Source of the DNA: a virus
DNA: 64,000 nucleotides
Reading direction: 5' to 3' (one strand)
Virus record (IMG/VR): IMGVR_UViG_3300006903_000012
Part shown: positions 51,650 through 60,777 of the stretch, in pieces
Position numbering within the stretch: the stretch's first letter is position 1
How the letters are laid out: each line of letters starts with the position of its first letter
Made by a program: the position numbers and the translations under genes
Notes under the pieces: generated by a model
Database searches by the model: none
Seen by the model: the letters and a program-made list of their open reading frames with translations, nothing else
Told to the model about the DNA's origin: nothing

Positions 51650-52159
51650 TTATTCCTCCTCGATATCTAATTCACGAAACCCATCAGCAGTCCAATCATC
51701 ATTTGTGTATTCGGCCCAACTGGTTGGTGTTTCAAAAAACCGGACACAATTAAGAACAAGACCACGACCATAATTAGTCTCAATACCTTCGACAATCAAT
51801 TTATATGCTGCCTTAGCTAAATTCTCAGCAGTCGTTCGGCAACCGACATTAACTAACTGATCCTGAAGTCCGATTCGCTCTTTCACATTCTCATATAAAA
51901 CAAAAGCCTCAACAATCGGCTCATCTCCAGCGACTAGCATCTTATGATCCCAAACGTCAACTACGCTCCAATTGACTAATCGTTTTAGCTCACTAAAATC
52001 AATTAGCATCCCTTCACTACTAGTACCTGGTAATGGATGAATATCACCTGAAACTGTCACCTCCAGGACAGCATTATGCCCATGTAGATTTCTGCACTTG
52101 CCGGAATGGTTCGGCAAACAGTGCCCATAACTGAATTCGAACCGCTTTGTAACTTGCAT
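51650..52159 (-). CDS. queD: 6-carboxytetrahydropterin synthase
   Basis: FEFSYGHCLPNHSGKCRNLHGHN (PTPS/QueD Zn and catalytic motif). Confidence 0.9.
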   Translation of the reverse strand: MQVTKRFEFSYGHCLPNHSGKCRNLHGHNAVLEVTVSGDIHPLPGTSSEGMLIDFSELKRLVNWSVVDVWDHKMLVAGDEPIVEAFVLYENVKERIGLQDQLVNVGCRTTAENLAKAAYKLIVEGIETNYGRGLVLNCVRFFETPTSWAEYTNDDWTADGFRELDIEEE

Positions 52160-52180
52160 TTAGAATCTCCTTTTCGATAA

Positions 52181-52687
52181 CTAGTTATATTCATGCACGA
52201 TAACAGTATCTGGTAATTCTTTTATGATCGGCAACACATCTTGTCGTCGCAATTTTCCATAACCAATACCTGGAAACGGCATCGCAATTGAAATATTCTT
52301 TCTGACACGTAAATAACAATTTAATAATGTTGTACTAAACCCAATTACTGACAAGAGAGACTGCTTTGAGTACAAAAGTTTAGTTTGGAACAACCCTAAT
52401 CTAGAGATGCTTTGACCAAATGGATTACCGGGATTTTCAATGAACTCGACAGTAATAAACCCATACAGAAAAACGTCATACGTGCCAGCAGATCCGACAC
52501 GCAAACTCGATCCAGAATCGATGATTGCATTTCCTGCGATTTTGGCTAACTGTGCACTCCTTTTCTGTGCTTCGCCTGCCGAACCTTTTCCCATAACTAG
52601 CTGATTTGCAGTTCCAATACATCCATTCGTCGTAACACAAATTAAGTCTGACTCTGAATCCCACAGATTAGTCTTTGAGAGTTTCAC
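52181..52687 (-). CDS. possible macro-domain (ADP-ribose binding/processing) protein
   Basis: DLICVTTNGCIGTANQLVMGKGSAGEA...FQTK...IAMPFPGIGYGKL resembles the phage Macro_2-type pattern from memory. Confidence 0.4.
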   Translation of the reverse strand: MKLSKTNLWDSESDLICVTTNGCIGTANQLVMGKGSAGEAQKRSAQLAKIAGNAIIDSGSSLRVGSAGTYDVFLYGFITVEFIENPGNPFGQSISRLGLFQTKLLYSKQSLLSVIGFSTTLLNCYLRVRKNISIAMPFPGIGYGKLRRQDVLPIIKELPDTVIVHEYN

Positions 52688-52892
52688 TCTTGACTCCCGG
52701 AACGACCTTTTCTAATGTGTTTAATAATCTGATTAACTCGGCGGGTCTGATCTTCTGTTTCCAAGCACCTGTTTTCGTATCTTTATAAATACCATTCTTT
52801 TCTAATACTGCAGTTATGCCCCACATACAATAAAGATAACCAAAAACAGAGCCAACAAGCCCAGAAATAATAGAACCTAATAAAAGTGTCAT
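52668..52892 (-). CDS. small membrane protein
   Basis: 74 aa with an N-terminal TM helix. Confidence 0.5.
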   Translation of the reverse strand: MTLLLGSIISGLVGSVFGYLYCMWGITAVLEKNGIYKDTKTGAWKQKIRPAELIRLLNTLEKVVPGVKSETLKD

Positions 52893-53146
52893 TTCTTTTC
52901 GTCCTTGACCAACATACCAGCCACAACAAACGCAAGATCCTTAATCGTAACTTTTAAAACTGCGCATTGATGAGAATGCCAACCCTTCTTTATTAGAAAT
53001 TTTCTTTTACTCATTCTAATGCCTATCCTAATAGCATCTTCCTCAGATGTTGCCCGAGTTGTATATGCAGCAAAACAAGCTGTTATTGTTCCACCATCTG
53101 AGTAGTATCGCGAAGCTGATGGGGCCATTACATATAGGTATCTCAT
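52889..53146 (-). CDS. hypothetical protein
   Basis: Trimmed to the ATG at 53146 (MRYLYV...), which forms an ATGA overlap with the helicase stop. Confidence 0.45.
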   Translation of the reverse strand: MRYLYVMAPSASRYYSDGGTITACFAAYTTRATSEEDAIRIGIRMSKRKFLIKKGWHSHQCAVLKVTIKDLAFVVAGMLVKDEKK

Positions 53147-55122
53147 CGCAACTCCTTCAAAAATCGTGACGGCTGCAATTCTTGTCCATTCCATTGCTGA
53201 ATGCTGCTCAGATATAACTGATCTTGGGCACGAGTCATACATACATACGCTGCGCATCGTTCATCTTGAATCGAAGAAAAATTAGGAATTGCCAACGCCT
53301 CAGGCTCTTCCTCAACGCTCAAAGCTCGACGATGTGGCAATAATCCTTCTGACCAGCCAATTCCAAACACAATTGGCCGTTCACGACCCTTGAGCTTGTG
53401 GATCGTCGCCAGAACGACCGAAGAATAAATCTGTGTATACCGACCCCGCTGTGGCTTAGCTAGCTTCTGCATATTAGCTACCATCTCCAAAAACGAATCT
53501 AGTTCGGGATATTGCTCAGCTAAAGCTAGCAGTGATTTTAGGTCTTCTAAAACGTTATCATCATCGCCCGGATCTGCCACTGCTGAGCCTGATGAGATTT
53601 GATAATGTTTCAGATAACAGTTTTCTAAGATATATTCTACTAGTTCTGTCGTGGTTGTTTTTTGATTTAGTTGCTCGAGAAAATTCAGCAAATCTTTCAG
53701 ACCAACTCGATAAGGTGAATCAGACAGTTGATAAATCTTCTTGGCTCCGGCTAGCAATGTCTTACCTCTAGAATTACACTCACTCAAGAATCGACGCCCT
53801 AAGTATCGATGAGGAATATAATCTCCGTTCATGTCAATCATGCTAGTACTGGCAATATTATAAACTTTCTCAAAGGCGCGATCGTCAGATGGATCATAAG
53901 TCAATTTCAAATAGGAAACAATATCAACAATATGATGCCGGTCAAAAAATCCATTAGCCCCAGGCACTGCATATTTTATTCCCCGAACTGCTAATTCTCG
54001 TTCACAAAAAGCTAATTGGGCATTGGTCCGGGCGGCAACATAAAAATCTTGTTCTTTATAACCATCAAGCATCAACAACTGAATTTTATCAACAACTGCA
54101 CCAGCCTCTTCCTCAGCATCAAGATAACTGGTTATCGCTACTTGACTCTTAAACTTTCTGGCTGAGACCAATGATTTTTGATACTTAGCAATGTCTAGCC
54201 CATAGTTACAAGAAATTAACTTATTCGCTCGCTTCACAATTTCAGGGCCAGATCGATAGTTATTATTAAGCTTAATAACTTCCGCTCCAGCGTCTGCTAA
54301 TCGATATAAGTTATCTTCCGGCGATGAGCCAGCAAATCTAAATAACGTCTGATCAGAATCACCGACAATAAATAACTTGGGACAGATTAGTCGAAGAATT
54401 CGCATCGATAATTCTGACGTGTCTTGTCCTTCATCAATCAAGATATATGGATATTGTTTTTGAACCTTCGACAAAGATTCTTTGTCGGTCGATAATTCCT
54501 GCCAAACTAAATTAAGCATATCAGGAAAAGTAACTGTAAAGACTTCATTAGCGAAATCTTCTTGCTCAAACAAATCCATAACAGCAAAAAAGCATTCGAT
54601 TAGTTTCTCAGCATCGTTTAGGCTAATATTAGGAATCTCACCAAGATAAAAATTTAATAGATCGGGTTTAGTATATGAAATACCACAATTCTTCGCTCGC
54701 TCAATCCACCACTTAATCTTTCTCCATCCAATATTCCAGCTAAGTTTTTTGCAGGTATCTTTTATCTCCTTAGCAACTTTCCAGTCTTCAACCTTTTCGA
54801 CATTACCATTCCACGTTTCCAGCAGACGTCGACAAAAAGCATGAATAGTACAAATCTCAACTTTTTCGATTTGTTCAGCGGTTGAATATAATACTGCTCG
54901 ACTTAAAATCTCAGCCGCAGCCGATGTTGAGAATGTAACTGCAAGAATATTTTGGGGATCAATATTGTTCTCAATCATCCAAGCAATTCGATGTGCTAAC
55001 ACTCGCGTCTTTCCGGAACCGGGACCAGCTAAAACAACAACTGGACGATCAATCGGAGCTGTGACTGCTTGAATTTGATGCTCATCTAAATTCTTATAAA
55101 TGTCCTTTTTTCCTGTTTTCAT
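53143..55122 (-). CDS. UvrD/Rep/PcrA-like SF1 helicase
   Basis: AGPGSGKTRVLAHR (motif I), ILIDEGQDTS (II), VGDSDQTLFRFAG (III), TIHKLKGRE (V) and YVCMTRAQDQLYL (VI). Confidence 0.85.
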   Translation of the reverse strand: MKTGKKDIYKNLDEHQIQAVTAPIDRPVVVLAGPGSGKTRVLAHRIAWMIENNIDPQNILAVTFSTSAAAEILSRAVLYSTAEQIEKVEICTIHAFCRRLLETWNGNVEKVEDWKVAKEIKDTCKKLSWNIGWRKIKWWIERAKNCGISYTKPDLLNFYLGEIPNISLNDAEKLIECFFAVMDLFEQEDFANEVFTVTFPDMLNLVWQELSTDKESLSKVQKQYPYILIDEGQDTSELSMRILRLICPKLFIVGDSDQTLFRFAGSSPEDNLYRLADAGAEVIKLNNNYRSGPEIVKRANKLISCNYGLDIAKYQKSLVSARKFKSQVAITSYLDAEEEAGAVVDKIQLLMLDGYKEQDFYVAARTNAQLAFCERELAVRGIKYAVPGANGFFDRHHIVDIVSYLKLTYDPSDDRAFEKVYNIASTSMIDMNGDYIPHRYLGRRFLSECNSRGKTLLAGAKKIYQLSDSPYRVGLKDLLNFLEQLNQKTTTTELVEYILENCYLKHYQISSGSAVADPGDDDNVLEDLKSLLALAEQYPELDSFLEMVANMQKLAKPQRGRYTQIYSSVVLATIHKLKGRERPIVFGIGWSEGLLPHRRALSVEEEPEALAIPNFSSIQDERCAAYVCMTRAQDQLYLSSIQQWNGQELQPSRFLKELR

Positions 55123-55143
55123 TATTATCCTTATCTTCTTATT

Positions 55144-55191
55144 GATCCTGCTTAGGAAATCTAGATTAGAATTAATTTCCTAAGCAGGATC
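55144..55191. repeat. perfect 17-bp inverted repeat with a 14-nt spacer
   Basis: GATCCTGCTTAGGAAAT (55144-55160) and ATTTCCTAAGCAGGATC (55175-55191), lying between the TadG-like gene and the helicase. No U-tract on either strand. Confidence 0.9.
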
Positions 55192-55212
55192 AAAACTAAT
55201 CAATAAATACTT

Positions 55213-56511
55213 TTATTGTTGCAAAGAAACTGACGGGGGTGGCATATAAATTACATTTGGATCAAATACCACACCAATAACACCATTCCCGCTGGCAACT
55301 ACGTTCTTGGAAAGAACTTGTCCAGTTAAACTCCAATCACCATTGCCGATCAATTCTAATGTAGAATTCGGGTTATAAATAGTTCCTTCAACAACCCAAC
55401 TCGCATTTCCAGACAATGAGATACCTTGAGTATTGGTCATTCCTAGATAAAAAGCCACACCCAAGTAATGACACGGTGAAGCTGTATCTTCAGAGATGCC
55501 AGTACAAGAATTTCTAGTAGCGGACGGAGCCTTAATTGTAACCTGGCCACCCTGTAAATCGACCTTACCATAAGGCACGTACAAAGTCACACCTACACCA
55601 GAAATAGAACTGCTATTTCCAACGAGATTAATAACATTATTGCCAGTATCCATGATGCAATACAATCCTGGCAACAAAGTTAAATTACCGTGAGCGCTCA
55701 GACTCCCGTAAGTTCCAGGAATAATCGTTCCGCTTTGGGGCGATGTTCCCGGTCCCGCAGCACAATCCGGTAGAGCTAAATCGGCCAATGGGTCAATTTG
55801 AATTTGTTGTGCACCAGTTGTTGGAACTGGATCAACATTACTGCCGTAAGCATGCGAGGTCGCAACAACACTGATCCCATAAGCAGGGTCTGCATGAATC
55901 GTAGCATTGTTACCGTTTGTGTCTAGAACATCATTGCCGCCAGTACACTGAGAGCCGTTTGAATTAGCAAAAATACCTCCACCAGTTGTTGCAATTCCTG
56001 AAGTTTGGGGATTACCGCCACCGTTCGACTGCACAATTCCGCAACCTGTCTTGTCCAATGCCACAATCGCATTTCCACTAACCGGTGAGCCACCTGGTCG
56101 TGCAAACGAAACTGCTGTTACAGTCACCTGCACTGGACCCTTATAAACCAAATGAATTAGTACAGTTTTGAGTGTCTCTGTGATTGTAACTTGAAAATAA
56201 TTAGGATTGCCAATATAAGCACCACTAATCGGTGGATGACTATAGGTGACAACATTATTTGTACCGTTGTTATCAAAATCATTTTGAGCTGCGTTTGTCA
56301 AAGCCGCTGACTGCAAAGTCGCATCTGCTGCAACACCAGTCATATACTGATAGGCCGCCGCCAAAGCTGCATTATCGGCCGCTGATTGTGCGCGGCGTTG
56401 TTCTGTGTAAAGATTTCCACCATCGAATGCTAATCCGGCGAACCCCAATAATGCGATCAACGCAACGGCCATAATGATGATCGCTTGCCCCCGTTGGTTG
56501 TTCTTAGTCAT
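55213..56511 (-). CDS. TadG/TadE-like (Flp pilus assembly) N-terminal domain protein with G/T/N-rich beta-rich body
   Basis: The N-terminus QRGQAIIIMAVALIALLGFAGLAFDGGNLYTEQRRAQSAADNAALAAA matches the Tad (TadE/G-like) membrane-anchor domain pattern. Confidence 0.6.
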   Translation of the reverse strand: MTKNNQRGQAIIIMAVALIALLGFAGLAFDGGNLYTEQRRAQSAADNAALAAAYQYMTGVAADATLQSAALTNAAQNDFDNNGTNNVVTYSHPPISGAYIGNPNYFQVTITETLKTVLIHLVYKGPVQVTVTAVSFARPGGSPVSGNAIVALDKTGCGIVQSNGGGNPQTSGIATTGGGIFANSNGSQCTGGNDVLDTNGNNATIHADPAYGISVVATSHAYGSNVDPVPTTGAQQIQIDPLADLALPDCAAGPGTSPQSGTIIPGTYGSLSAHGNLTLLPGLYCIMDTGNNVINLVGNSSSISGVGVTLYVPYGKVDLQGGQVTIKAPSATRNSCTGISEDTASPCHYLGVAFYLGMTNTQGISLSGNASWVVEGTIYNPNSTLELIGNGDWSLTGQVLSKNVVASGNGVIGVVFDPNVIYMPPPSVSLQQ

Positions 56512-56564
56512 ATTAGTCTCCTTGAGATATAGAAATTTGTATAGTTATGTGTATAAGACAATTT

Positions 56565-56960
56565 TTAAGTCATAGATAGCTCCCTCCCATCCATCAATCC
56601 CAAAAGATTTCCAACGTTCTGACTCTCAAAGTACTCAGGAAATTTACTGGAAAACGCTGACAGCTGACCACTGACAAGAAACGGGTTGAGATAAACCAGT
56701 CGAAAAATCTCTTCAAGTAATTTCTCTGATTGACCCTTACTAAGAAAGCCATCAATCAAATCAGACAAAAATGGTGCTGAAATTTTTGGATGCTCTTCAC
56801 CGACGATAAACTCCGCTGCTAAAATTTTATCGTCTTTGTCCAGCAGACGAAACTCGACCAACTCACCTCGAAATGGAATTCGTTGTGGAATAGCAACCAC
56901 ATAACATTTGCTTACACTTTCAGGACGAAACACATATTGAGCTGGTTGTCGAGTAAACAT
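56565..56960 (-). CDS. hypothetical protein
   Basis: 131-aa ORF. Confidence 0.55.
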   Translation of the reverse strand: MFTRQPAQYVFRPESVSKCYVVAIPQRIPFRGELVEFRLLDKDDKILAAEFIVGEEHPKISAPFLSDLIDGFLSKGQSEKLLEEIFRLVYLNPFLVSGQLSAFSSKFPEYFESQNVGNLLGLMDGRELSMT

Positions 56961-56973
56961 TGTTTTTCTCCTT

Positions 56974-57624
56974 TTATGAATTCTGAAATTGCCGGATACG
57001 CTGATCGCTCTTAGCCATATTAGATTCTTTCATCCCAAAATAAACTGCAAATGTTTCTGGCATCAAAAGTCTATGTAACGCTAGGGCTTTATCAAATTGT
57101 GGACGTGTTTCGTCAGGCTGCCCGACTGCTAAATCCCAGAAAATATTATCGAACTTTTCTTTTTTAGCTAAATAACTGTAATAGTCAATATTGGCTATTC
57201 CGATTCGACTATCAGTGGGTAGCAGCGGTAGCATCAACTGAATTACATCATTTTCTTGCTCAATAATATGAATCTCAGTAATATCTTGCCGCTGTAACAG
57301 CCGAAACACCATCAATCCCAGGCCTAACCCGGCACACAGAACTGAGCCAGATTTTAATTGGTCAGTATACTGCTTCATCGCCAACCAATGCAGCGGATCG
57401 TCCATCATCCAAGTCTGCCAATGCCCACCCCCATCTAATATTTGTAATCGGGTCACTTGAATGGAATCTTCTAACTTGTAGTAATCATACCCTTGGACAC
57501 CTTCTAATGGATAAACACCTTTACGATACTTTGTTTTTCTTAGCCGAGCCTTTCCGACTTGTTGATCTTCGACGTCGATGAGCGGGGTTACCCAATGCTT
57601 TGCGTCGATGTTTAGGATTTTCAT
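56974..57624 (-). CDS. class I SAM-dependent methyltransferase / spermidine-synthase-like protein
   Basis: SVLCAGLGLGLMV...ITEIHIIEQENDVI (motif I plus an acidic loop), with AAGGAGAAG SD. Confidence 0.45.
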   Translation of the reverse strand: MKILNIDAKHWVTPLIDVEDQQVGKARLRKTKYRKGVYPLEGVQGYDYYKLEDSIQVTRLQILDGGGHWQTWMMDDPLHWLAMKQYTDQLKSGSVLCAGLGLGLMVFRLLQRQDITEIHIIEQENDVIQLMLPLLPTDSRIGIANIDYYSYLAKKEKFDNIFWDLAVGQPDETRPQFDKALALHRLLMPETFAVYFGMKESNMAKSDQRIRQFQNS

Positions 57625-57916
57625 TTTTTAACTTCTCCTTTTCCTTTTTAGAGAATTGCTTCTTATCGGCTTCTGAGTATCTCGACTCATAAGCCTTCAT
57701 TCGCTCACCTGCTTTAGCTCGCTTCTCGTCTTTCGGGCAAAGCAACAACTCAGAATAGGTATCATCCTTTTGATAGATTCGACCTTGAAACTCTGGAAAT
57801 CGACGACCACACTCATCACAGAAGAATGATGGGTTGAGTAATGCCTCTAAAGTCGTCCGAGGGCGATCAATAATCAGAGTCATCGTCTTCCTCATCACCT
57901 GCAAGATCTCGCTCAA
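57521..57916 (-). CDS. hypothetical basic protein with Zn-ribbon-like CDECG
   Basis: 131-aa ORF. It overlaps the downstream gene by 104 nt, so its extent is uncertain. The ATG at 57883 is an alternative start. Confidence 0.45.
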   Translation of the reverse strand: MSEILQVMRKTMTLIIDRPRTTLEALLNPSFFCDECGRRFPEFQGRIYQKDDTYSELLLCPKDEKRAKAGERMKAYESRYSEADKKQFSKKEKEKLKNENPKHRRKALGNPAHRRRRSTSRKGSAKKNKVS

Positions 57917-58571
57917 GGTCTATCTCATCTGAATCATCATTTCCATCATCTTTACCATCTAAATCTTCGATCTCATCTTCTTCATATTCAGTCCCTAAAA
58001 GCCCCGATGGATCATATAGGTCTTCTTGCTCATACTCTTGATCTGGCAATTCATCACTAAATAGTTCATCAATTACCCCGACTGCTCCAGAAGTTTCTTG
58101 CAGGCGAGTTTTGGCAGCTTCTAAATCTTCAGATAATTTATTCGTCAGCTGCACAATTTGAACCTGGGTATTTCGCTTCAACTCTGCGACTTTCTGATTC
58201 CAAGCTTCGACCAATGCCCCAGGAAGCTCGTAATCGCCCCGCTTTGATTCTACAAGACTATCACCCACAAAAATATATTTGTTGATGCGCTCTTCAGAAA
58301 TATCGGCAGCCATGTTAGTCTCCTTTGGACTCTCAGTTTTTTGGTCATAATGTCGACTAGCTAATCCTTTATCATTATTTCCACTAGATGATCCTAAAGT
58401 AACTGTCCTTTTATTTGATTGGAATTCCGGGCATGTCTCTAATTCTTCATCGTCTTCGTAGCCATCAATTTCTAACTCACAGGCTATGTCTAATTCACCA
58501 TCCTCTTCTTTACTGGACAACATATGATCACAAACAAGACAATCCTCAGACTTACAGATTTTCTTTGACAT
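57867..58571 (-). CDS. acidic protein with N-terminal Cys cluster
   Basis: Trimmed to the ATG at 58571 (MSKKICKSEDCLVCDH...) with AAGGAGAA SD. The C-terminal third is D/E-rich. Confidence 0.55.
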   Translation of the reverse strand: MSKKICKSEDCLVCDHMLSSKEEDGELDIACELEIDGYEDDEELETCPEFQSNKRTVTLGSSSGNNDKGLASRHYDQKTESPKETNMAADISEERINKYIFVGDSLVESKRGDYELPGALVEAWNQKVAELKRNTQVQIVQLTNKLSEDLEAAKTRLQETSGAVGVIDELFSDELPDQEYEQEDLYDPSGLLGTEYEEDEIEDLDGKDDGNDDSDEIDLERDLAGDEEDDDSDY

Positions 58572-58923
58572 TCTGATTCTCCTTTTGTTTTGAGATAACT
58601 TTTCGATACTCATCCCAAATCAATTTCCGATGTTTGCGATCTGGAAAAATTCGACCAAGAGCTTGGTTCAAAGCAATCATTCTGCCTTTACTTTTATCGA
58701 AACTACCAAAGTCGTTTGGATGTAACTTAGAAACGCCGACAGATAAAACAACAAAGTCTGAGTCAGGATCAGAAATTTCACAAATTGTTCCATATCTAAA
58801 TTTTTCCTCAGCCAAACGAAAACTTGTCAAATCTTTAAATGAGTAATCTTCTAAATATTTCCCAGGTGTGATATGTTGAAATGAAATGCGATATTTATGC
58901 CGCCGAAGTTCGATTGTAAACAT
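58552..58923 (-). CDS. hypothetical protein
   Basis: 123-aa ORF. Confidence 0.55.
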   Translation of the reverse strand: MFTIELRRHKYRISFQHITPGKYLEDYSFKDLTSFRLAEEKFRYGTICEISDPDSDFVVLSVGVSKLHPNDFGSFDKSKGRMIALNQALGRIFPDRKHRKLIWDEYRKVISKQKENQNVKENL

Positions 58924-58933
58924 TTTCTTCTCC

Positions 58934-59875
58934 TTATGCTAGTCGCTGAACAAAATCCAATAAGAATTCACGAATATATGCTTCTAGATTGAAGATGTTG
59001 ACTGCGTAACCAGTAAAGCTGTCCGGCACGCGACCAATGTCCATATTGCTAATGTTCAAGAGCAAGTTCTCGCAACGACCCGAGCGTAACGAAACTAACT
59101 TTGAACACTCAGCATAGTCACCAATTCGTCCATCGGTGACTGCAATAAATAACCGATGCGCTGAAGGATTGCTATTTTCTTGCTCCCACCGAATAGCTTC
59201 TGACAAAAAAGAACTAAGAGATGTGCCACTACCACACCAATGAGCAGTTGTATGTCGATTTGACAATATCTTCAAAATATCATTTACATCAGTTGTGCCA
59301 AAAGTATTAGTACAAGAGTCGGTAAATCGTTTAGATTTTGAGATTTGACTTGACCGTTTGTAATCATAATAATCAGGACTGTACCAATAATCGAACGCAT
59401 CACCATAATCCATATTAGTCAGACAATGACTGTGTGATGCCCACAACCAGGTATGATGTGTAAAAACACCTGATGGCAAATCTCTCTCGACTGTTTTGAA
59501 AGCCAAGTTAAACAATCGTAAAACTGCTGTGGCTGGGACAATCAATGGTTTACGTGAGCCTCCGAATGCTGCTCGATCATACATACTACCTGAAACATCT
59601 AGCCCAATATGGATTTCTATTTTAGTATTAGACAGCCGCATGAGATTCTCACTCATACCATGCCCATCTAAATATTGGTCAACCACACTAAACATTTCAT
59701 CGCCCGAATCAAGATGGGTAACATCTCTATTTCCGATGCTGGAGTAAATGGCCGAAACAAAATCTTGACCTAATTGTTCGCCCACCTGCTCAAGAGTAAC
59801 AGAACGTTTCTTGATCTTAACCCGTCCGCGAACTCTTTTTGTTTTTTCTGTAGTTTCTTCTTGTTCAGCGAACAT
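58934..59875 (-). CDS. vWA-domain protein (CobT-like partner of the AAA+ ATPase)
   Basis: MIDAS-like HIGLDVSGSM. Start trimmed to the ATG at 59875 with GGAGG SD. Confidence 0.5.
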   Translation of the reverse strand: MFAEQEETTEKTKRVRGRVKIKKRSVTLEQVGEQLGQDFVSAIYSSIGNRDVTHLDSGDEMFSVVDQYLDGHGMSENLMRLSNTKIEIHIGLDVSGSMYDRAAFGGSRKPLIVPATAVLRLFNLAFKTVERDLPSGVFTHHTWLWASHSHCLTNMDYGDAFDYWYSPDYYDYKRSSQISKSKRFTDSCTNTFGTTDVNDILKILSNRHTTAHWCGSGTSLSSFLSEAIRWEQENSNPSAHRLFIAVTDGRIGDYAECSKLVSLRSGRCENLLLNISNMDIGRVPDSFTGYAVNIFNLEAYIREFLLDFVQRLA

Positions 59876-60392
59876 ATTTACCTCCCATGCCATTACGTAC
59901 AGCATCTGCAATCAACCCTAATGGAGCTTGAACAATTTCGTCTCTATACTCATCAACCGCTTCCCATATCAGTTTTTCTAATTGATTCCAACAAGCCGAC
60001 CAATTCCTTTCCGCTTCCTGCACAGCATTATTGTGTCTAATTTTTAGCTTTTCAATACGACGATTCTCGTTTATTTCTAACCATCTGTCAATTTCAACTA
60101 AATCAAAATCTAATTTTGTACCACACTTCTGACAATCAACCGTTTCGAGATTAGTAAATCGGCGATGATCCCAATCTGGGTTCTTTAAAGCGATTCCACA
60201 TCTAGTAATTGCTGCAAAATAGTAGCCATTTTTCTTTGCTGCTTTTTCATAGATATGGACAATAGATGGTTTACCTTTTGTACTTAAATATTGAGAATGA
60301 CAAATCCCAATGCGTGCTTCGATATCGGTAATCCGAGATAAATCTATTTGTGTCAACCCTCGAGTGCCCTTTAATTCATCTTTGATACTCAT
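59865..60392 (-). CDS. hypothetical protein
   Basis: 175-aa ORF containing CQKCG. Confidence 0.55.
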   Translation of the reverse strand: MSIKDELKGTRGLTQIDLSRITDIEARIGICHSQYLSTKGKPSIVHIYEKAAKKNGYYFAAITRCGIALKNPDWDHRRFTNLETVDCQKCGTKLDFDLVEIDRWLEINENRRIEKLKIRHNNAVQEAERNWSACWNQLEKLIWEAVDEYRDEIVQAPLGLIADAVRNGMGGKYVR

Positions 60393-60434
60393 TCATGCCT
60401 CCTTTTGATAGGCAAAAGTTAATCAGTTATCTTT

Positions 60435-60764
60435 TCAAGTATTCTCACTTAGTAGTTCTCCAACACGAGAGCAAGTTACAGCATAAACTCTCGCTGGACC
60501 ATCGTAAGAATTTGATTCTGTCGGCCCATCGTCCCCAACTGTCATTTTATAATAACGTTCCATTTCTTCCTCTGAATCAAACACCAAAATACCTTGCCCA
60601 TCTGATAGAAGTTGCATATCACGCTCAAGGTCTAGATAAGGAGCGGCATATATAACATCAGTTAAATCCCCATCATACCATTCCCAACTGCCAATAAACA
60701 TACAAGGTTTATTGGTTGATTTTGCTAATTCTTGCATAGCATCAATTATAGTAAATGCTTTCAT
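60435..60764 (-). CDS. hypothetical protein
   Basis: 109-aa ORF. Confidence 0.55.
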   Translation of the reverse strand: MKAFTIIDAMQELAKSTNKPCMFIGSWEWYDGDLTDVIYAAPYLDLERDMQLLSDGQGILVFDSEEEMERYYKMTVGDDGPTESNSYDGPARVYAVTCSRVGELLSENT

Positions 60765-60777
60765 AGATGACTCCTTT

